Shown here one piece after another: positions 18,945 through 26,572 of a stretch of 32,000 nt of DNA; position 1 is the first letter of the stretch, and each line of letters starts with the position of its first letter. The notes beneath the pieces were generated by a model that had not been told where the DNA came from, did no database searches, and saw only the letters and a list, made by a program, of their open reading frames with translations. The DNA is from Mycolicibacterium smegmatis (GTDB lineage Bacteria > Actinomycetota > Actinomycetes > Mycobacteriales > Mycobacteriaceae), in assembly GCF_001457595.1 (NCBI RefSeq), contig NZ_LN831039.1:2850001-2882000 (forward strand). The letters are read 5' to 3'. A program made the translations under genes and the position numbers.

Positions 18945-19849
18945 ACCGTCCTCTGGCCGTCATCGGGCCGACCGGCACCGGCAAGTCCGCGCTCGCGCTG
19001 GAGTTCGCCGAACGCGTCGGCGGTGAGATCGTCAACGCCGACGCGATGCAGCAGTACCGCGGCATGGACATCGGCACCGCCAAGCTGACGGTCGAGGAGC
19101 GCCGCGGGATCCCGCACCATCAACTCGACGTGCTCGACGTCGTCGAGACCGCGACCGTGGCGCGTTATCAGCAGGCCGCGGCCGCCGACATCGAGACGAT
19201 CGCCGCGCGCGGGGCGACTCCGGTCATCGTCGGCGGATCGATGCTCTACATCCAGTCGCTGCTCGACGAGTGGTCGTTCCCCGCCACCGATCCCGCGGTG
19301 CGTGCGAAGTACGAGGCGCGCCTGGCCGAGATCGGCGTCGCCGCGCTGCACGCCGAACTGGCCCGTGTCGACCCCGCGGCCGCGGCGTCGATCCTGCCGA
19401 CCGACGGCAGGCGCATCGTGCGCGCCCTGGAGGTCGTCGAGCTCACCGGCGAGCCCTTCGCGGCGTCGGCCCCCACCATCGGCGCACCGCGCTGGGACAC
19501 CGCGATCATCGGATTAGATTGGGACACAGCGGTTCTCGACGAACGTCTGGCGCAGCGAACCGACAAGATGTTCGCCGACGGGCTGGTGCGCGAGGTGGTC
19601 GACCTGCTGGAGCGCGGACTGCGTGACGGCGTCACGGCCGCGCGGGCGCTGGGATACGCGCAGGTGCTCGCCGATCTCGACGCCGGCGGCGACGGATCCG
19701 GCGCGCGTGAGCCCACGTTCATCGGCACCCGCCGGTACGTGCGCCGCCAGCGGTCGTGGTTCCGCCGCGACCATCGCGTGGTGTGGCTCGACGGCGCGTC
19801 CGAAGGGCTGGTGGACGACGCGCTGCGGGTGTGGCGAGCCGTATCCTGA
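18941..19849 (+). CDS. miaA: tRNA dimethylallyltransferase MiaA
   Basis: GTG start, [50 protein letters not shown]. Confidence 0.97.
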   Translation: MNRPLAVIGPTGTGKSALALEFAERVGGEIVNADAMQQYRGMDIGTAKLTVEERRGIPHHQLDVLDVVETATVARYQQAAAADIETIAARGATPVIVGGSMLYIQSLLDEWSFPATDPAVRAKYEARLAEIGVAALHAELARVDPAAAASILPTDGRRIVRALEVVELTGEPFAASAPTIGAPRWDTAIIGLDWDTAVLDERLAQRTDKMFADGLVREVVDLLERGLRDGVTAARALGYAQVLADLDAGGDGSGAREPTFIGTRRYVRRQRSWFRRDHRVVWLDGASEGLVDDALRVWRAVS

Positions 19850-19853
19850 ACGG

Positions 19854-20729
19854 GTGATCTTCGCCAAAGGGCACGGCACCGAGAACGATTTCGTGGTGCT
19901 GCCCGACCTCGACGCAGCGCTGTCGCTGACCCCGTCCGCGGTGGCCGCGCTGTGCGACCGCCGCCGCGGTCTCGGCGCCGACGGCGTGCTGCGGGTGACC
20001 CGGGCCGGTGCGGCCCGGGCGGCGGGAGTGTTCGACCGGCTGCCCGACGGGGTGGCCGCCGGTGACTGGTACATGGACTACCGCAACGCCGACGGTTCGA
20101 TCGCCCAGATGTGCGGCAACGGCGTGCGGGTGTTCGCGCACTACCTGCGGGCCTCGGGTCTGGAGAGCGGCGACGAGTTCGTCGTCGGCTCGTTGGCCGG
20201 TCCGCGGCCCGTCGTCCTGCACGGATTCGACCCGGCACGCGCGACGACGGCCGAGGTCACCGTCGAGATGGGCAAGGCCAACCAGTTCGGCGCAGGAAGC
20301 GCCGTGGTGGGCGGCCGCAGCTTCGACGGCCTGGCCGTCGACGTCGGCAACCCGCACCTGGCGTGCGTCGGGATCAGCGCCGACGACCTTGCGGCCCTCG
20401 ACGTCGCCGCGCCGGTGTCGTTCGATCCTGCGTTGTTCCCCGACGGCGTCAACGTCGAGGTGCTCACGGCCCCGGTCGACGGCGCGGTGTCCATGCGCGT
20501 GCACGAACGCGGCGTCGGGGAAACTCGGTCATGCGGCACCGGAACGGTTGCGGCGACCGTGGCCGCGCTCGCCCACGACGGCGCCGACACCGGGACCCTG
20601 CGCGTGCGCATCCCCGGCGGCGAGGTGACGGTCACGGTCACCGAATCCACCAGCTACCTGCGCGGACCCTCTGTGCTCGTGGCCCGCGGCGAACTCGATC
20701 CACACTGGTGGCACGCTGTTGCCGGCTAA
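19854..20729 (+). CDS. dapF: Diaminopimelate epimerase
   Basis: [18 protein letters not shown]...[13 protein letters not shown]...[14 protein letters not shown] start at 19854. Confidence 0.97.
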   Translation: MIFAKGHGTENDFVVLPDLDAALSLTPSAVAALCDRRRGLGADGVLRVTRAGAARAAGVFDRLPDGVAAGDWYMDYRNADGSIAQMCGNGVRVFAHYLRASGLESGDEFVVGSLAGPRPVVLHGFDPARATTAEVTVEMGKANQFGAGSAVVGGRSFDGLAVDVGNPHLACVGISADDLAALDVAAPVSFDPALFPDGVNVEVLTAPVDGAVSMRVHERGVGETRSCGTGTVAATVAALAHDGADTGTLRVRIPGGEVTVTVTESTSYLRGPSVLVARGELDPHWWHAVAG

Positions 20730-20774
20730 TTGGGGTGCGCGATACCCGTCGGCCGTGCCAACCTGGAAGTACAT

Positions 20775-22187
20775 ATGACCTATCCAGAGAATTCCGTCGC
20801 GCCCAGCACCGGTGAGCTGGCCCTCGAAGATCGCGCCTCACTGCGCCGTGTCGCCGGGCTGTCCACCGAACTCGCCGACGTCAGCGAAGTCGAATACCGC
20901 CAGCTGCGGCTGGAGCGCGTCGTGTTGGTCGGGGTGTGGACCGAAGGGTCCGCGGCCGACGCCGAGGCGAGCCTGGCCGAGTTGGCCGCGCTCGCCGAGA
21001 CCGCGGGCTCCGAGGTGCTCGAAGGCCTCATCCAGCGGCGCGACAAACCCGACCCCTCCACTTACATCGGCTCGGGCAAGGCCGCCGAGCTGCGCGAGGT
21101 GGTCCTCGCCACCGGCGCCGACACCGTGATCTGCGACGGCGAGCTCTCACCGGCACAGCTCAACGCGCTGGAGAAGGCCGTCAAGGTCAAGGTGATCGAC
21201 CGCACGGCGCTGATCCTCGACATCTTCGCCCAGCACGCCACCAGCCGTGAGGGCAAGGCCCAGGTATCACTGGCCCAGATGGAGTACATGCTGCCGCGGC
21301 TGCGCGGCTGGGGCGAATCGATGTCCCGGCAGGCAGGCGGACGCGCGGGCGGCGCGGGCGGCGGCGTGGGCACCCGCGGTCCGGGCGAGACCAAGATCGA
21401 GACCGACCGTCGCCGCATCCGTGAGCGGATGGCCAAGCTGCGCCGCGAGATCCGCGACATGAAGAAGATCCGCGACACCCAGCGCGGCAGCAGGCGACGC
21501 AGCGAGATCCCGTCGGTCGCGATCGTCGGCTACACCAACGCAGGCAAGTCCAGCCTGCTCAACGCGCTCACCGGAGCGGGCGTGCTGGTCGAGAACGCGT
21601 TGTTCGCGACGCTCGAACCCACCACGCGCCGTGGTGAATTCGAAGACGGCAGACCGTTCGTGCTGACCGACACCGTCGGGTTCGTGCGGCACCTGCCCAC
21701 ACAGTTGGTCGAGGCCTTCCGGTCCACGCTGGAGGAAGTGGTCGACGCCGATCTGCTGATCCACGTGGTCGACGGATCCGACGTCAACCCGCTGGCGCAG
21801 ATCAACGCGGTCCGCACGGTGATCAACGAGGTCGTCGCCGAGTACGACATCGCTCCGCCGCCGGAACTGCTGGTGGTCAACAAGATCGACGCGGCCACCG
21901 GGGTGGGGCTCGCGCAGCTGCGACGCGCGCTGCCCGACGCGGTGTTCGTCTCGGCGCGCACCGGCGACGGTCTCGACAAGCTGCGCTCGCGCATGGGGGA
22001 GTTGGTGGAATCCACCGATGCCACCGTCGACGTGACCATTCCCTACGACCGCGGTGACCTCGTCGCGCGCGTGCACACCGACGGTCATGTGGACGCGACC
22101 GAGCACACCGACGCAGGTACCCGCATCAAGGCGCGTGTGCCGGCACCGCTCGCCGCGACGTTGCGCGAGTACGCCACGTTCGCCTGA
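20775..22187 (+). CDS. hflX: GTPase HflX
   Basis: GPGETKIETDRRRIRERM, P-loop VGYTNAGKSSLLNALTG, DTVGFVRHLPTQLVEAFRSTLEEV. Confidence 0.97.
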   Translation: MTYPENSVAPSTGELALEDRASLRRVAGLSTELADVSEVEYRQLRLERVVLVGVWTEGSAADAEASLAELAALAETAGSEVLEGLIQRRDKPDPSTYIGSGKAAELREVVLATGADTVICDGELSPAQLNALEKAVKVKVIDRTALILDIFAQHATSREGKAQVSLAQMEYMLPRLRGWGESMSRQAGGRAGGAGGGVGTRGPGETKIETDRRRIRERMAKLRREIRDMKKIRDTQRGSRRRSEIPSVAIVGYTNAGKSSLLNALTGAGVLVENALFATLEPTTRRGEFEDGRPFVLTDTVGFVRHLPTQLVEAFRSTLEEVVDADLLIHVVDGSDVNPLAQINAVRTVINEVVAEYDIAPPPELLVVNKIDAATGVGLAQLRRALPDAVFVSARTGDGLDKLRSRMGELVESTDATVDVTIPYDRGDLVARVHTDGHVDATEHTDAGTRIKARVPAPLAATLREYATFA

Positions 22188-22207
22188 CAGACGTGCCCGT
22201 CAGGAGG

Positions 22208-23938
22208 TCAGGCCGCGTCCTTCGCGTCGGACGCCGCCTTGGTGTCCTTCGCGTCGGTGGTGGCCTTCTTCGGGTTCGAGCCGCCCTTGGCCGGGCGGTC
22301 GATGCCCAGCGCCTTGCTGACCGACTTCACGAGATCGCGGACCGGATGGCCTTTGATGCCAAGGGCTTTGCGCAGTGACGGCAGTTGGGCCTTGCCGGAG
22401 GTACCGGTGCCTGCCGTCATGCCCTCGTTCGGCTTGGCGATCGGGCTGATGCGGATCAGCGGCTTACCGTTCGCCTTCGGGGTCTCGACCGCGTCGGTGT
22501 CGGCGGGTGCGGTAACTTCGGGCGCCGCGGCCGCCGTGACATCGCCCGTGACCGTGCCCTGATCCGTGGGCTGGTCGGTGGGCTGGACCGGTTCGGTGCC
22601 CGTGTCGGTGGTCTTGACGTCGACTTTCGGGTCGACAGTCTTGACGTCGACTTTGTTGGTGTTCTTGCCGACGACGTCCGTGACGGCCTGGATGCGATTC
22701 TCGGTGTCACCGGTCTGAGGGGCCGGCGCCTGGACCGTCGCGGTGACCGTGGGGCCGGTCGACCCGGGCAGCGGCGTGAGGCCCGGCGTCAGTGCCGCGT
22801 TGATGCCTTCGGGGATGTCGTTGATGAGGTCGCTCACCAGCTTGACCAGATTGATGCGGGGGATCAGCCCGGCCGGGGTGGGCCTGCCGTAATTGGTCCG
22901 GTCGTAACCGGTTTCGATCAGGGTCTGGGTGAGCGGTGAGATCAGGTCGACGATCGGGATGATCAGCGCCGAGGTGCCCGTCGCGGCGCCGAGATCCAGC
23001 AGCGGCTGCATGATGGGCAGGGTCTTGGCGGGCAGCGTCACGTAGATCGTGTCGCCGTGGCGCTGGCAGTGGTTGGCTGCCGTGCACCCGTCGGGCGCAT
23101 TGGCGGCCTCGATCGCCATTTTCACCTCGTCCGGGGTGTAGCCGTACGGCGTCGCGGTCGGGGGCTCGTCGTCGTCGGGCGCCAGATACGTGCCGTGCAC
23201 GTACCAGAACCCGGCCAGGGCGTTCGCGGTCGCCAGCAGGTTCAGCGGGTACGCCGGGAAGTCGACGACGCCGTCGTACATCAACGCGAAGTCGGTGGCG
23301 CAGTGGGTGCCGTCGGAATGCTCACACGTGTCGGTGGGCGTCGGGTTACCGAAGGTCGCGTCGAGGATCGGCACCGTGCCGAGGAACGCGAGCCGTTCGA
23401 AGAAGCCGCCGTTGGGGCGCTGCGGGTTGCCGATGAAGAAGAAGTTCAGGTGATCGGCGTTGTCCGGGTTGTCGAGGTTGCCCTTGACGATGCTCGCCAC
23501 CGTCGCGCCCTGCGAGTACCCGAAGATCGAGATGTCGTCGGTGTCGGTGAAGTCGGGATTCACCAGCACGTTGTTGTACCGGGTGGTCAGGCTGGTGACG
23601 CCGCTGCCCACCGACACGTTCCACTTGGCGCCTTCGAGCCCGCCCCAACCTGGCAGCGGGATCGGCCAGAACTGGGCGATGTAGGGCACCGCGATGGGCG
23701 GTTCGCACCCGCCGACGCAGTCGCCACCCGGGACCAGGTAGTGGTTGACCGCGTTCTCCATGTAGTTCTGCACGACAGCCGGGTTGGGGGTGCCCGTACC
23801 CGGGACGATCAAGGCGTACGTGGCCACCAGGCGCACGGCCGACGAGATCGTCGACGCGAACGCGAGTGCCACGGTGCCGATCAGCACCACCAACGTGATC
23901 AGCAGTGTCCGAGAAACCGAACGTGCGTGAGTACCCAT
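22208..23938 (-). CDS. Stand-alone PE-PPE-domain (alpha/beta serine hydrolase) protein with N-terminal TM/signal and long low-complexity C-terminus, 576 aa
   Basis: ATYALIVPGTGTPNP..., nucleophile elbow DDISIFGYSQGATVAS, PE-PPE-type signatures (PLPGWGGLEGAKWNVSVGSGV, NFFFIGNPQRPNGG). No PE or PPE N-terminal domain. Confidence 0.85.
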   Translation of the reverse strand: MGTHARSVSRTLLITLVVLIGTVALAFASTISSAVRLVATYALIVPGTGTPNPAVVQNYMENAVNHYLVPGGDCVGGCEPPIAVPYIAQFWPIPLPGWGGLEGAKWNVSVGSGVTSLTTRYNNVLVNPDFTDTDDISIFGYSQGATVASIVKGNLDNPDNADHLNFFFIGNPQRPNGGFFERLAFLGTVPILDATFGNPTPTDTCEHSDGTHCATDFALMYDGVVDFPAYPLNLLATANALAGFWYVHGTYLAPDDDEPPTATPYGYTPDEVKMAIEAANAPDGCTAANHCQRHGDTIYVTLPAKTLPIMQPLLDLGAATGTSALIIPIVDLISPLTQTLIETGYDRTNYGRPTPAGLIPRINLVKLVSDLINDIPEGINAALTPGLTPLPGSTGPTVTATVQAPAPQTGDTENRIQAVTDVVGKNTNKVDVKTVDPKVDVKTTDTGTEPVQPTDQPTDQGTVTGDVTAAAAPEVTAPADTDAVETPKANGKPLIRISPIAKPNEGMTAGTGTSGKAQLPSLRKALGIKGHPVRDLVKSVSKALGIDRPAKGGSNPKKATTDAKDTKAASDAKDAA

Positions 23939-24023
23939 CGGCCCGTGTCTCCTTCTGCCGAATCAGCAAAAGGAATCTTCGCACCAGAGGGCGATTGTCA
24001 CGTGGAAACGCGAAAAGTTTCCG

Positions 24024-26315
24024 TCAGCGCAACGTGCGGATCACCGGTGGCTCATGAGCCCGGACCGGTGGGACGGGTCCGGAAAACTTCTCGATCTCGA
24101 CGAGGACGTGCGCGCCCGTGCAACCCTTGGCCAGTGACGACGTGCCGACATCATCGGTGAGGACGTTCGGATTTCCGTGCAAACACAAAGAATCCGGATC
24201 GGCGGGATCGGCCGGGTCATACCATGCGCCGGTCGCGAGTTGCACCACGCGCGGCAGCACGCCGTCGTCGATCACCACCCCGGCCAGGCACGCGCCGCGG
24301 TCGTTGAACACCCGCACCACATCACCGTCGGTGAGGCCGCGGGCGGCGGCGTCCGACGGGTGCATGCGGACCGGTTCGCGCCCTTGGACTTTCGAGGACT
24401 GGCTGGTCGCGCCGCCGTCGAGCTGGCTGTGCAGCCTGCTCGCGGGCTGATTGGCCAGCAGGTGCAACGGATACCGGCGGGCGCGTTCGCCGCCCAGCCA
24501 TTCGGCCGGCTCGTACCAGCGGGGGTGGCCCGCACAGTCGTCGTAACCGAAGCTGTCGATGTCCTCGGAGAAGATCTCGATGCGTCCGCTCGGTGTGCCC
24601 AGCGGATGTGCCTGCGGGTCGGCGCGGAAGTCCTCGAACAGCGTCAGTCCGGTGTCGGTGGGCAGCTCCACGTGGCCCGCGGCCCAGAACTCGGCGAAGC
24701 TCGGGACCGCGAAATCCAGCCCGGCGGCCCACTTCTCGTACAGATGCACGAGCCATTCCCACGCAGTGCGGCCCTCGGTGAACTGCTCGCCGAAGCCCAG
24801 TCGTTCGGCGAGCGCCGAGAAGGTCGTGTAATCGTCGCGGGAGTCGGCGTACGGTTCGGCCAACTGCGGCATGGCCACCAGCAGCGGATCGTTATTTGAC
24901 CCCGAGAAGTCGTTGCGCTCGAACGACGTTGTCGACGGCACGACGATGTCGGCGTGCTTGGCCATCGCCGTCCAGTACGGATCGTGCACCACGATGGTGT
25001 CCACGCGGCCCAGCGCGCGGCGCAGCCGCGGGATGTTCTGGTGGTGGTGGAACGGATTGCCGCCCGACCAGTACACGCACTTGATGTCGGGGTAGGTGAG
25101 CCGTAAACCGTTGTAGTCGAACGGCTCACCGGGATGCAGCAGCATGTCGGTGACGGCCGCCACCGGGATGAACGTCCGCACCGGGTTGGGGCCCTGCGGC
25201 AGCGAGGGCAGGCGGCACCGCAGCGGCGCGAGTCCGGGTTCGTTCATCGAGCCGTAGCCGTGGCCGAATCCGCCGCCGGGAAGCCCGATCTGGCCCAGCA
25301 TCGCGGCCAGCGTGACACCCATCCACGGCGCCTGCTCGCCGTGGCGCGTGCGCTGCAGCGACCAGCTCACCGTGACGATGGTGCGCTCGGCGGCCATCCG
25401 GTGCGCCAGTGCCCTCAGGGTGTCGGCGCTCAAACCGCTGATGTGTGCCGCCCATTCGGGAGATTTCGCCACGCCGTCGTCGTGGCCGAGCAGATAGCGT
25501 TCGAAGCGTTCGTATCCCGTGCAGTGGGTGTCGAGGAACTCGCGGTCGGCCAGGCCCTCGGTGGCGAGCACATACGCCAGCCCGAGCATCACCGCGACAT
25601 CGGTGCCGGGACGCAGCGCCAGCCACTGGCAGTCGCCGTCGACGTCGTCACGCAAAGGACTGAACGACACGATGCGTCCGCCGCGGCCGCGGAAACGCCG
25701 CAGCGCGTCGCGCATCGGGTGCGCGGAGGTGCCGCCGTCGTTGATACCCGTGTTCTTCAGCGGCATCCCGCCGAAACACACCATCAGACCGGTGTGTTCG
25801 ACGATGACATCCCACTGGGTCGAGCGTTTGAACAGGTCGTCGTGTGTGCCGACCACGCGCGGCATGATCGCCCCGGTGGCGCCCAGGCTGTAGGAGTGGC
25901 GCGAAAAGGTGTAACCGCCAAGCATCTTCAAGAAGCGGTGCACCTGGCTCTGGGCGTGGTGGAACCGGCCGGCGCTCGACCAGCCGTAGGACCCGCCGTA
26001 GATCGCCTCGTTGCCGTAGGTGTCGACCACGCGCCGGAGTTCGGTTGCGAGCAGGTCGGTCAGCTCGTCCCAGGACACCGCGACGAACTCGTCGGCACCG
26101 CGCTCGGTGCTCGGTCCCGGGCCGTCACGCAGCCATCCGCGCCGCACGGCCGGGCCGGTGATGCGCGCGCGGTGCCGGATCGAACCGGGCATGTTCCCCA
26201 GCAGCGGTGACGGATCGGCGTCGTCGGGGGGTGGGTTCACGGCCGCGATGTCGCCGTCGACGATCTCAGCGGAGAAAACCCCCCAATGCGTGAGGCTCGT
26301 GGGGGAGTGCGGCAT
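24024..26315 (-). CDS. Molybdopterin-dependent oxidoreductase, BisC/TorA/DMSO-reductase-like, 763 aa
   Basis: THWGVFSAEIVDG..., YGGSYGWSSAGRFHHAQSQVHRFL, candidate Mo-ligand Ser region FSRHSYSLGA, VYWSGGNPFHHHQ, VVPSTTSFERND, C-terminal molybdopterin-binding domain. Confidence 0.93.
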   Translation of the reverse strand: MPHSPTSLTHWGVFSAEIVDGDIAAVNPPPDDADPSPLLGNMPGSIRHRARITGPAVRRGWLRDGPGPSTERGADEFVAVSWDELTDLLATELRRVVDTYGNEAIYGGSYGWSSAGRFHHAQSQVHRFLKMLGGYTFSRHSYSLGATGAIMPRVVGTHDDLFKRSTQWDVIVEHTGLMVCFGGMPLKNTGINDGGTSAHPMRDALRRFRGRGGRIVSFSPLRDDVDGDCQWLALRPGTDVAVMLGLAYVLATEGLADREFLDTHCTGYERFERYLLGHDDGVAKSPEWAAHISGLSADTLRALAHRMAAERTIVTVSWSLQRTRHGEQAPWMGVTLAAMLGQIGLPGGGFGHGYGSMNEPGLAPLRCRLPSLPQGPNPVRTFIPVAAVTDMLLHPGEPFDYNGLRLTYPDIKCVYWSGGNPFHHHQNIPRLRRALGRVDTIVVHDPYWTAMAKHADIVVPSTTSFERNDFSGSNNDPLLVAMPQLAEPYADSRDDYTTFSALAERLGFGEQFTEGRTAWEWLVHLYEKWAAGLDFAVPSFAEFWAAGHVELPTDTGLTLFEDFRADPQAHPLGTPSGRIEIFSEDIDSFGYDDCAGHPRWYEPAEWLGGERARRYPLHLLANQPASRLHSQLDGGATSQSSKVQGREPVRMHPSDAAARGLTDGDVVRVFNDRGACLAGVVIDDGVLPRVVQLATGAWYDPADPADPDSLCLHGNPNVLTDDVGTSSLAKGCTGAHVLVEIEKFSGPVPPVRAHEPPVIRTLR

Positions 26316-26572
26316 ACCGCGAGTTTACGGTCGCCCGTCGGGCGTCGTGCGTCCACCGTGACGCCGCCGATTCCGGCTCATCCGGGCGCACGTAACCTGG
26401 ACTGCTGTCTGCGCGGATTTCCTTCTGCAGCCGATTTTCGGAAGTATTACACCGAATTTGTCCGAGTTTTTTGGTCAAGATCGGCGATGGTCCTTTGTAA
26501 TCGGAGCTTGCTGACGCAGAGTTGTCGGCGAGATAGATTTCGGGGAGCTTTGCCGAGCTAGCGGGAGGGTGC

